Shown here piece after piece: positions 22,164 through 30,711 of a DNA stretch of 64,000 nt. The notes beneath the pieces were generated by a model. The model was not told where the DNA came from. It was given only the letters and a program-made list of their open reading frames with translations, and did no database searches. The stretch is taken from the NCBI GenBank assembly GCA_031581485.1, contig JAVLBA010000001.1, positions 26,440-90,439 of the forward strand. Direction: 5' to 3'. Position 1 is the stretch's first letter. Every line of letters starts with the position of its first letter. Made by a program: the position numbers and the translations under genes. Source of the DNA: Desulfurivibrionaceae bacterium. GTDB lineage: Bacteria > Desulfobacterota > Desulfobulbia > Desulfobulbales > SURF-16.

Positions 22164-22292
22164 ATGCGCAGATTTCAACTCATCCTCGGCCTGCTGGCCC
22201 TGGTTATCCATCTGGTGGCCCGCGGCGGCATGGCGGTGATCTTGCTCGGCATCATCATCGGTGCCCTCTTGATGCCGACGCTGACGGCGTAA
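22164..22292 (+). CDS. 42-aa hydrophobic small protein
   Basis: GAGGGGG RBS then MRRFQLILGLLALVIHLVARGGMAVILLGIIIGALLMPTLTA; below the ORF track cut-off. Confidence 0.5.
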   Translation: MRRFQLILGLLALVIHLVARGGMAVILLGIIIGALLMPTLTA

Positions 22293-22536
22293 TACGGAAC
22301 AAAACCCGGCCCGAGGGAAGGAGCCCTGCTTTGTTCACGCCACCGCAGGGCGGGGAATAGAGGAATTGCCGAGATGCTGACAACCCGGGGAAATATCAAT
22401 TGTATGCAGCTGACCAGCAGGTCCATAACGTCAGCGGCAACAACAGAATGACTGTTTTTTACAACTTTTTTAAACGAGGAAATAGTACGATAGAGACGCA
22501 CCAAGGCTCCACAGGGATGAATAGTCAAGCGGAGGG

Positions 22537-23574
22537 TTGAGTATGGTCATATCTGCATCTGGGAGTGCCGGGAGCAGTGAGGGAAAGGGAAAAAAAGGTC
22601 ATATCTGGCCCGATTGGTATCCGGTGCTGGCAACTTTCCGGAAATCAGACAGCCTGAAAGCCACCTGGCAGTTGCTGAACACGATACTCCCCTATTTTTT
22701 TCTCTGGTATCTGATGATCCGGTCAATTCAGCTCGATTATTCCTACCTGATCACCCTGATTATCGCCCTGCCTGCCGCCGCGTTTCTCGTGCGGATATTC
22801 ATTTTATTTCACGACTGTGTGCATGGTTCCTCCTTCAGATCGAAGCGCGCCAACACCTTCTTCGGCTACTTCCTCGGGGTGCTTGTGTTTACTGCGTATG
22901 AAGAGTGGCGCTTCATCCATCTCCGGCACCATGGGACCTACGCCAATCTTGACTCGCGGGGATTCGGCGACGTCTGGACCATGACACTCACGGAGTATCA
23001 GGACTCGCCAAAGCGGAAACGGGTACTGTACAGACTTTACCGAAACCCCCTGGTGCTCATCGGCTTGGGCGCATTATTTAATTTTCTACTCCACAACCGC
23101 TTTCCGGACGTACGGGTGAAGCGCAAAGAACGGCTGAGTGTTTTTTTCACCAACCTGCTCATCATCGCCGTCGCTTTGCTTGCCACCCGGATTATTGGCT
23201 GGCGGACCTACCTCCTCATCCAGTTGCCGGTGTTGTGGCTTGCCGGGGGGGCAGGAATCTGGCTGTTTTACGTACAGCATCAGTTCGAAGGGGTGTATTG
23301 GGCCCGCACAGGTGAGTGGGAACCCTTGCGCGCCGCCATGGAAGGCAGTTCATTTTATAAGTTGCCGGCTGTGTTGCGTTGGTTTTCCGGCAACATCGGG
23401 TACCATCACATACATCACCTGAATCCCCTGATCCCCAATTACCATCTCAAGAAATGTTACGACGCTGTTCCGGCGCTGCAAGCCAAGGAGCCGCTTACCA
23501 TTATCAAAAGCCTTTCTTGTTATCGCCTGAAATTGTGGGATGAGGATTTGCAAAAAATGATCTCTTTTCCCTGA
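22537..23574 (+). CDS. membrane fatty acid desaturase (Des-like)
   Basis: His boxes HDCVH, HLRHH and HHIHH, plus YVQHQF. Confidence 0.9.
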   Translation: MSMVISASGSAGSSEGKGKKGHIWPDWYPVLATFRKSDSLKATWQLLNTILPYFFLWYLMIRSIQLDYSYLITLIIALPAAAFLVRIFILFHDCVHGSSFRSKRANTFFGYFLGVLVFTAYEEWRFIHLRHHGTYANLDSRGFGDVWTMTLTEYQDSPKRKRVLYRLYRNPLVLIGLGALFNFLLHNRFPDVRVKRKERLSVFFTNLLIIAVALLATRIIGWRTYLLIQLPVLWLAGGAGIWLFYVQHQFEGVYWARTGEWEPLRAAMEGSSFYKLPAVLRWFSGNIGYHHIHHLNPLIPNYHLKKCYDAVPALQAKEPLTIIKSLSCYRLKLWDEDLQKMISFP

Positions 23575-24037
23575 TATGGCCGGCTCTCGCCGGACAGGGT
23601 AATCGTGGCAAGGTCACGATAAGCCAGGCCATATCTGATTGCTTCGCATATCACCGCTGCCATCAAACTCTGCAACGAAGGCATAGCGACGATCTGTGGC
23701 CCTTTTCGTTTTGAGCGTCTCCTTGAACACGTAACATTGATGCCACGAAACACTTACAGTTTAAGACTGTTTTCGCTCAAGCCTCCTCCCGGGTGGCTCG
23801 GTAGTTTCGCAATCTTCTCCGTCATGGGTGAGGCTCATGCTTGTTCATTATGCAGGCCTGTTGCCGTGCACAGCTTCCCCCGGCAGGAACCACTATTAAT
23901 TTGCATTAATAAATTAGATTTAATAGAATTTTTCTTGACCGATGAAGCAGCGGGTTGTTTCGATATTCAGAGGATGGCGCGCCGCCATATAAGGTACCTT
24001 TTTACGAGACCAGCAATTTTAACAGGGGAAAATCTTA

Positions 24038-24568
24038 ATGAAATACGCAGGAATTAAAAAACCACTATCTTGGATCTTTTTTCTTAGTCTCCTTATTTTT
24101 GCGGCACCTGCTGGCGCTGCAACGCCTGCTGATATTGCAGAGATCCCCTCGTGCGGCTATTGCGGTATGGATCGGGAAAAATTTGCCCACTCCAGGGTCT
24201 ATCTGTCATATGCAGACGGCACCAAGGCAGGGGTATGTTCTCTGCACTGCGCCGCCATTGAGATGATTGTCAAATTAGATAAGGAACCCCTGGAAATTAT
24301 GGTTGGTGATTTCAACACCCGGGAGTTAATTAATGCCGATAAAGCCTACTGGGTCATTGGTGGTGATATGATGGGCGTCATGACCAGAAGGGCGAAGTGG
24401 GCCTTTGCTGACAAGGCGGCGGCTGAGAAGTTTATCAAGGAACATGGCGGCACCATGGCCACCTTTGAAGAGGCGCTGAAGGCCTCTTTTGAGGATATGT
24501 ATGAAGACGTAAACATGATAAGAGAAAAGAGAAAGATGATGCGGATGAAAAAGATGCAGCACATGTAA
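24038..24568 (+). CDS. NosL family copper chaperone
   Basis: Signal peptide, CGYCGM, CSLHC, AYWVIGG..GVM, FIKEHGG, Met-rich tail. Confidence 0.85.
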   Translation: MKYAGIKKPLSWIFFLSLLIFAAPAGAATPADIAEIPSCGYCGMDREKFAHSRVYLSYADGTKAGVCSLHCAAIEMIVKLDKEPLEIMVGDFNTRELINADKAYWVIGGDMMGVMTRRAKWAFADKAAAEKFIKEHGGTMATFEEALKASFEDMYEDVNMIREKRKMMRMKKMQHM

Positions 24569-24658
24569 AGGTGGTTGTGGTTACCAGTAAAGAACGGCAA
24601 TTACATATCACCACTAAAATGAGCCGGATTGATTCCGTATCAATTAGGATAGGTTGAG

Positions 24659-25372
24659 ATGAAAAAAATTATAGGCAAGGCTCTCTTATCTCTCTTAAAA
24701 CGGTCGCCAGCCCTGTTTGAGAGATACAGCGAAGAACATAAACACTCCTTGCAAGTGGCCCATGATAAACTGGCAGAAATTAACCTTGAACTGGAGGAGA
24801 AAAGCGCTGAAACTATTCAGGAGCTCATGGAAAAAAATGCCGAACTGGAAAGGCTTTCCATTTCGGATCCGCACACCCGGCTTTACAATCGGCGCCATTT
24901 TGACACATACCTGCTCAAGGAGTGGTACCGAGCCCAGCGCAGTCACGATCATATATCCCTGATTCTTTGTGACCTGGACCACTTCCATGCCTATAATGAG
25001 GCCTATGGATATGAGACGGGCAATGAGTGTATTCATCATGTCGCCCAGGTAATAGCTCACTTCACCAGACGGCCCTATGATATCCCGGCTAGATACGGCA
25101 GCAAAAAGTTTGCGGCCATTCTGCCCCATACCGATACAGACGGGGCCATGATTATCGCAACCGGCATCAAGGATGAAGTGGAAAAAATAGCGATTCCACA
25201 CATTAAATCACCCATTAAGAACATTGTCACCGTAAGCTTTGGCGTCGCCACCGTGCTCCCTGAAAAGGGTAAAGATTGCGCCGCCCTTATCGCCATGACA
25301 GAAGAGGCCCTTTGTGAGGCCAAAAGCGGGGGCCGGGACCGAATATCTGCCAAGAGGGCTGCAGGGATATAG
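24659..25372 (+). CDS. degenerate GGDEF-domain protein
   Basis: Coiled coil, DPHTRLYNRR, DLDHF, RYGSKKF in place of RYGGEEF, VTVSFG, AKSGGRD. Confidence 0.85.
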   Translation: MKKIIGKALLSLLKRSPALFERYSEEHKHSLQVAHDKLAEINLELEEKSAETIQELMEKNAELERLSISDPHTRLYNRRHFDTYLLKEWYRAQRSHDHISLILCDLDHFHAYNEAYGYETGNECIHHVAQVIAHFTRRPYDIPARYGSKKFAAILPHTDTDGAMIIATGIKDEVEKIAIPHIKSPIKNIVTVSFGVATVLPEKGKDCAALIAMTEEALCEAKSGGRDRISAKRAAGI

Positions 25373-25568
25373 CGCCTACTGGAGAGCACCGGGCTTGCAT
25401 GCTTTTAACAGACATCCGCCCCTCTTTTCCTCAGAGGCAGCCCCTGGCCACCTAATTTTTTACCTGGCCAGCCCATCTCTTCACCCTCTTTAAAAGAAAT
25501 CTAAAAAGGGGGTACATAACATGATCCGCCTGAGGTGGATTGATGTCGTATCTGGAGGATAGCTCGAA

Positions 25569-26045
25569 ATGAAAAAACTTCTAGGCACGATTCTCTTATC
25601 TCTTTTTCTTATTATCAGCACAGCCTATGCTGTGGGGATAAAGCCGGCAACGCCGCAGTCAGGTGATAAATGCCCTGTCTGCGGCATGTTTGTGGCCAAA
25701 TATCCTGACTGGGTCTGTGAAATAATGTACCAGGACGGTACGGTCCTCTTTTTCGACGGGACAAAAGATCTCTTTAAGTTCTACTTTGAACCTCATAAAT
25801 TCAAATCCAGCAAACAGCGTCAGAATATCAAGGCCATTTATGTGACAGAATACTATGACTTGAATTTCATTGAGGCCAGAAACGCCTTCTATGTCATGGG
25901 CAGTGATGTCTATGGCCCCATGGGCCTGGAGCTGGTTCCCTTCAAGACCGAAAAAGACGCCACAGAATTTCTCAGGGACCATCACGGCAAGAAAATTATC
26001 AGTTTCAACGATGTGGATGCTGCCCTGATCAAAACCCTTGATTGA
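25569..26045 (+). CDS. NosL family copper chaperone
   Basis: CPVCGM, FFDGTKD, YVMGSDVYGPMG, FLRDHHG. Confidence 0.9.
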   Translation: MKKLLGTILLSLFLIISTAYAVGIKPATPQSGDKCPVCGMFVAKYPDWVCEIMYQDGTVLFFDGTKDLFKFYFEPHKFKSSKQRQNIKAIYVTEYYDLNFIEARNAFYVMGSDVYGPMGLELVPFKTEKDATEFLRDHHGKKIISFNDVDAALIKTLD

Positions 26046-26149
26046 TGTATGGGGCAAAAGTCCATTTTCTGGCAGCAAAAACGCCGATTCCCCGGCATGG
26101 CGAAATATTGCCTGTTCTTTGCCTTCCTTGCGAAATAGGGTCTTAAGCT

Positions 26150-26818
26150 GTGATAGAATTTTACAATATTAAAAAAACCTTCAATCTCGGCAAAGCAAAC
26201 CAGTTTGCCGCCCTCAAAGATATCAGCCTCACTATTGAGAAAAATAAGATAACTGTCCTGAAAGGGCCGAGCGGCTCGGGTAAGACAACCCTTGCCAGTC
26301 TTATCGGCTGCATGTCCAGGCCCACCTCAGGCAGAATCAAAATAGATGGCAGAGAGATCACTTCACTGCCGGAGAGATTTTTGGCCGAGATTAGACGGGA
26401 TAATTTCGGTTTCATATTTCAGCGCTTCAATCTCATAACAGGCATCTCGGTTTTGGAAAACACCCTCTTGCCCACCTATCCCATGGGGCTAAAGTCTTCC
26501 CTGGCCCAAAAAAAGGCCATCACCCTGCTGGAAAAATTAAACATCGGTTCCAAAATTCGCCAGGAGGTTGAGAATCTCTCCAGCGGTGAACAGCAGCGGG
26601 TGGCTATTGCCAGGGCGCTGATCAATGACCCCCTCTTTATTATTGCTGACGAGCCCACTGCCCATCTTGACCAGAATATGGCGGTGAAATTCATTGATAT
26701 CGTCTCACAACTCCACGCTGAAGGCAAAACCCTGCTTATCGCCAGCCACGACCCTTTGCTCTATGATTCAGAAATCGTGCACCGGGTGATTGCCTTGCAA
26801 GATGGTCAATTAGTATAA
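26150..26818 (+). CDS. LolD/MacB-type ABC transporter ATP-binding protein
   Basis: GPSGSGKTT, GFIFQRFNL, LSSGEQQR, ADEPT, ASHD. Confidence 0.92.
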   Translation: MIEFYNIKKTFNLGKANQFAALKDISLTIEKNKITVLKGPSGSGKTTLASLIGCMSRPTSGRIKIDGREITSLPERFLAEIRRDNFGFIFQRFNLITGISVLENTLLPTYPMGLKSSLAQKKAITLLEKLNIGSKIRQEVENLSSGEQQRVAIARALINDPLFIIADEPTAHLDQNMAVKFIDIVSQLHAEGKTLLIASHDPLLYDSEIVHRVIALQDGQLV

Positions 26819-26833
26819 AGGATAGGTCATTCA

Positions 26834-27838
26834 TTGTTTATCAATCCCGCGATTATCGGTCTTACAGCTGCATCATTGCTGGTCTCAGGAGTTACCATCT
26901 ACGCCTCGATTATCGGCGCGGTGATCATCCGCTCATGGGACATCAACAGTGGCAGTGAAAGGCAGCTCCAGCTCGAAAGAAAGACCTATCTGATCTCAAC
27001 TGTCCTCAGCTACGTTCTGGTGTGTGAACTCCTCTCCCTGCTCCTGTTTGTCGTCAACGCCGACACTATGCACAGCCTGTTTACCGGTGCTATGTGTGCG
27101 GCCGGCACCCTTTATGCCAACAGTTATGGCTACCCGACCCTGTTGACTAAAATTGCCGTCTGCATCATGTCAGGAGTCTGGTTGATTGTTAATCATGTTG
27201 ACAACCGGGCCTATGACTACCCGCTGATAAAATTTAAATATGGATTTCTCCAGCTGATCACCGTCATCATTATCCTGGAAGCCGTCCTCCAGATAAATTA
27301 TTTTATGGCCCTGGATCCTGAAATAATTACCTCCTGCTGCGGCACCCTGTTCAGCGGTGAAGCCGACACCCTGACCGGCGAATTGGCCCACCTCTCCCCC
27401 CTTACCGCTAAAATGTCCTATTATCTGACCCTCACAGGCACCTTCACTGCCGGGGCCTGGTTTTTGTTGAGGGGCAGGGGGGCGTTGATCTTTTCCTTCT
27501 TTAATTCTCTGCTTTTTTTTGTCTCCCTGGCCGCGATAATCTCCTTTATCTCTCTCTATTTCTATGACCTGCCCACCCATCACTGCCCCTTCTGCATTTT
27601 ACAAAAGGAATATCATTATGCCGGCTACATTCTCTACCTGGCACTTTTTACGGCCACCATTGCTGGTGGGGGGATTGCGGCACTTGCCCCCTTCACAGGG
27701 CATAAATCCCTGGAAATGATTTTACCAAGAGTTCAACGAAAACTTTGCCTTCTTGCCATGATCGGCCATGCAGTTTTTGCCACACTGTGCACGTACCAGG
27801 TACTGTTTTCTGATTTAAAACTGGGCGGCTACTCCTGA
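26834..27838 (+). CDS. multi-TM membrane protein with Cys/His motifs
   Basis: About 8 hydrophobic helices; GAMCAAG, TSCCG, HHCPFC. Confidence 0.8.
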   Translation: MFINPAIIGLTAASLLVSGVTIYASIIGAVIIRSWDINSGSERQLQLERKTYLISTVLSYVLVCELLSLLLFVVNADTMHSLFTGAMCAAGTLYANSYGYPTLLTKIAVCIMSGVWLIVNHVDNRAYDYPLIKFKYGFLQLITVIIILEAVLQINYFMALDPEIITSCCGTLFSGEADTLTGELAHLSPLTAKMSYYLTLTGTFTAGAWFLLRGRGALIFSFFNSLLFFVSLAAIISFISLYFYDLPTHHCPFCILQKEYHYAGYILYLALFTATIAGGGIAALAPFTGHKSLEMILPRVQRKLCLLAMIGHAVFATLCTYQVLFSDLKLGGYS

Positions 27839-28009
27839 CGCCATTCTTGTCGCCATAATCTGCTTCATCCCTCTCTCTTTCTTAAGGAGTGCCGGCCTGG
27901 CACTCTGCACGGCAATCATGGCGGGGCCGTGAGATTGTGCGGCAAATTGCCCCATGGGCAAGGCGTAAATTCCTGACAATAATTCAAGCCAAGAGTTTAA
28001 GAAAAAAAT

Positions 28010-28039
28010 TTGCCTTTATGTGTGGTGAAGGCCTACACT
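28010..28039 (+). promoter_or_regulatory. putative sigma70 promoter for the cytochrome-porin operon
   Basis: TTGCCT-18 nt-TACACT preceded by an A-rich tract. Confidence 0.4.
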
Positions 28040-28146
28040 TTTCATAACGGCTGGTGCCTACCAGACCCTGTTTTCTGAATTCAAAATGGACGAATATGAA
28101 TGAAGTCCTAGAGCCATAGAGAGGGTGAAAAAAAAATCAATTCAGC

Positions 28147-28188
28147 AGGGGAGAATTATGAAAACAAAGGGGAGGATTATGAAAACAA
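28147..28188 (+). repeat. 21-bp tandem duplication of RBS plus ATG
   Basis: AGGGGAGAATTATGAAAACAA followed by AGGGGAGGATTATGAAAACAA, one mismatch. Confidence 0.9.
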
Positions 28189-29804
28189 AACTAAATTCTT
28201 TTTGGGTATTGTTGGTAGTTCTGGCGGCAATTTTTTTCATGCAGACCAAGGCGGCATGGGCCCTGCCTGCTAACAGCCGGGTGTATCAGACCAGCTGTGT
28301 CACCTGCCACGATTCTCCTCCCAGGCTGAACGCCGTGGGCGAGGCCTTCCGCCTCAACGGTTATAAATTCCCGGACGACGAGACAAAGAGAAAACTGAAG
28401 CCGCTGCCCCTGGGTGATGAAGCTTACCAGCGCCTGTGGCCAGAGGCCATCTGGCCCGGCGAGAAGCCCGACTTCAATCCCATTTCCTTAGTGAGCATCT
28501 GGGCCCTGGAGTATCATGATAACCAGCCCATAGACCCGAAAACAGGTGAAGAGGGACCCACCTACTCTATTGTGGCCCCCCATGAGATTGAGCTGGCATG
28601 GATGTCTCCTCTGGGCGATCATATCTCCGTTTATGGTGACGCCAGATTTATCCAGGAAGACTGGGGCGGCACCGAAATGGATTCCTGGGTTGCCTTAAAG
28701 GCCTGGATCGAATTTGAGGACCTGTTCGGCATCGAGAATAAACTCAACTTGCGAGTCGGCTCGCTGGGGATGCACAGCATTCACCTGTTGACCGCCCGCA
28801 ACGAGCACGCCATGGGTTTTCAGAACTATCTGATGAATACCTATCTGCTACCGGGCCTCTCCAAGAGTTCAAGAACTACGGTCGACGAGTATCCTCAGAG
28901 CGATATTGATGAAGTAGATTTCGACATCAGATCATGGGTGGGCAACAACTTTACCATTGGGCCCAAGGTCGGCATAGAGCTCAACGGCTTTACCCGCCAT
29001 CTTGCCTATAATATCGGCGTGGTCAACGGCAAGACCGATGATCCCACCGACGGGGTCTTCTTCATGGGGTCCGGCTCCAACACGGGCCGCAAGGATTATT
29101 TTGCCAACCTGGCCATCAAGTTCGGCGGCCTTGGCTTTGACGCCTCCACCGGTGCCGAAGAGGAGGAGGACCCCTTTGCCGAAGAGACCGCGGTCAAAAA
29201 AGAAAGCGGTGACAGCCAGTTCTGGCGTGACGACAGTCTGACCGTCTCCTTTATGGGCTATAGGGGCGAGGGGGCGACCGAGCTGATCTACTATTCCAAC
29301 AGCGCAACGGCCATGTTCGCTACAGGCCAGGTAACTGAATACGTCAAGGAAGATTTCTGGCGCCTTGGTGTGGGCGCCATGTGGAAATTCAAAGATTTAA
29401 CCGTGGAAGCCGCCCATATGTGGGGGCATCATGACAATCCTTACGGTGATCTCGATACCAGGCCGGACCCAAGCGTTGAGACCAGGGTCTGGCATGTGGG
29501 TGCGCATTATTATCTCTACCCCTGGCTGGTGCCCTTCGCCAGGTTTGAAGAGCTCAAATTCTTCGATCTGCCCGGCCAAGATGTCTTATTGCTTGATGTC
29601 GAACAAGACAGACAACTGGTTACGGTGGGGGCGAAAATGCAGATTCGCCCCAATATCCACCTCAATATCGAGGGCTATTATTACACGGATACCGGAGATG
29701 CCACGGTGGTCAACCCGGACAGTACTAAATATATCGGAGTTTCTGAGGAGGCGGTATATCTTAATGATGAAACAGTAATGATGATATTGCGGGCTGAGTT
29801 TTAA
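28179..29804 (+). CDS. Cyc2-like monoheme cytochrome c fused to outer-membrane beta-barrel porin
   Basis: Signal peptide ending AWA, ALPANSRVYQTSCVTCHDSPPRLNAVGEAFRLNGY, amphipathic beta strands, terminal LRAEF. Confidence 0.78.
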   Translation: MKTKLNSFWVLLVVLAAIFFMQTKAAWALPANSRVYQTSCVTCHDSPPRLNAVGEAFRLNGYKFPDDETKRKLKPLPLGDEAYQRLWPEAIWPGEKPDFNPISLVSIWALEYHDNQPIDPKTGEEGPTYSIVAPHEIELAWMSPLGDHISVYGDARFIQEDWGGTEMDSWVALKAWIEFEDLFGIENKLNLRVGSLGMHSIHLLTARNEHAMGFQNYLMNTYLLPGLSKSSRTTVDEYPQSDIDEVDFDIRSWVGNNFTIGPKVGIELNGFTRHLAYNIGVVNGKTDDPTDGVFFMGSGSNTGRKDYFANLAIKFGGLGFDASTGAEEEEDPFAEETAVKKESGDSQFWRDDSLTVSFMGYRGEGATELIYYSNSATAMFATGQVTEYVKEDFWRLGVGAMWKFKDLTVEAAHMWGHHDNPYGDLDTRPDPSVETRVWHVGAHYYLYPWLVPFARFEELKFFDLPGQDVLLLDVEQDRQLVTVGAKMQIRPNIHLNIEGYYYTDTGDATVVNPDSTKYIGVSEEAVYLNDETVMMILRAEF

Positions 29805-29813
29805 GAAAAAGAA

Positions 29814-29884
29814 TGAAGGTTGAAGTGGCGTGGGTACGCTACGCCACTTCAACCTTCAGCCTTCAACCTTCAACCTTCAACCTT
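29814..29884. repeat. 18-bp perfect inverted repeat overlapping five CTTCAAC heptamers
   Basis: TGAAGGTTGAAGTGGCGT (29814-29831) pairs with ACGCCACTTCAACCTTCA (29841-29858); heptamers run 29847-29881. Confidence 0.9.
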
Positions 29885-29895
29885 GAGAGCTGAGG

Positions 29896-30570
29896 ATGAG
29901 AATTGCTGCGCTTTATTTTTTGATGTTAGGGGCTGTTGCCCTCATGCTGCCGATGGTTTCCCTCGCCCAGGAAGAGTCCGGCTATGGCTCGGTGGGCGGC
30001 ATCATCATGGTCTGGAAGACAATGGTTGAGACCACAGGCCCCAGAAACGCCAAAGATGTTATCGTCTATCTGGAAAGCGACAAATCCTTTCCGCCGGTAA
30101 CGGACAGACTCATACAGATGGATCAGAGGGGGTTGCTCTTTATCCCCCATGTCCTGGCCATCCAGAAGGGCACCTCGGTTGAGTTCCTCAATAATGACTC
30201 GGAAAAACATAATGTCTTTTTCCTCTTTGACAAAACCGGCGAAACTCTGGATATCGGCACCTGGGAGAGGGGGCAAAGCGTGGTTCATACCTTTAACGAA
30301 ACCGGCACAGTCATCACCCTGTGCAAGCTGCATCTGGAGATGGCGGCCAATATAATCATCCTGGATAATCCATATTATACCCATGCCGAGATTGACGGCG
30401 ATAGCCAGCGGACCACATATCGTCTAGATAGAGTTCCGCCTGGAGAGTATGTCTTGAAAACATGGCATAAAAAACTGAAGATGAAAGGAGGTGAGGCCCC
30501 CATCAAGGTTGAGGCCGGGAAGATGACCAAGGTGAATATTGCCATTACCAAAAGACAGTATGCCCACTAG
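29896..30570 (+). CDS. periplasmic cupredoxin-domain protein with carboxypeptidase-regulatory-like beta domain
   Basis: Signal peptide, MDQRGLLFIPHV, HNVF, type-1-like Cu ligands CKLHLEM, VPPGEYVLKTWH. Confidence 0.78.
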   Translation: MRIAALYFLMLGAVALMLPMVSLAQEESGYGSVGGIIMVWKTMVETTGPRNAKDVIVYLESDKSFPPVTDRLIQMDQRGLLFIPHVLAIQKGTSVEFLNNDSEKHNVFFLFDKTGETLDIGTWERGQSVVHTFNETGTVITLCKLHLEMAANIIILDNPYYTHAEIDGDSQRTTYRLDRVPPGEYVLKTWHKKLKMKGGEAPIKVEAGKMTKVNIAITKRQYAH

Positions 30571-30711
30571 CGGAACTCTCACACTGCAGGTAAGCCACAT
30601 GTCAATGTAAACAGGCGTTTGAATAGTGGAAAAAAACGACCCTCTGTCCCCGTATCCTCCAATGGATCCTTTTTTGACATGGCACTGTAAACTGAGTCTT
30701 ATTTGCAGCTT

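Noticed and set aside
24629..24643. FNR box TTGAT...ATCAA
   Set aside because: The spacer is 5 nt rather than 4; a palindrome of uncertain meaning.
26098..26116. sigma54 promoter TGGCGAAATATTGC
   Set aside because: GG-GC spacing is 9 nt, not the required 10.
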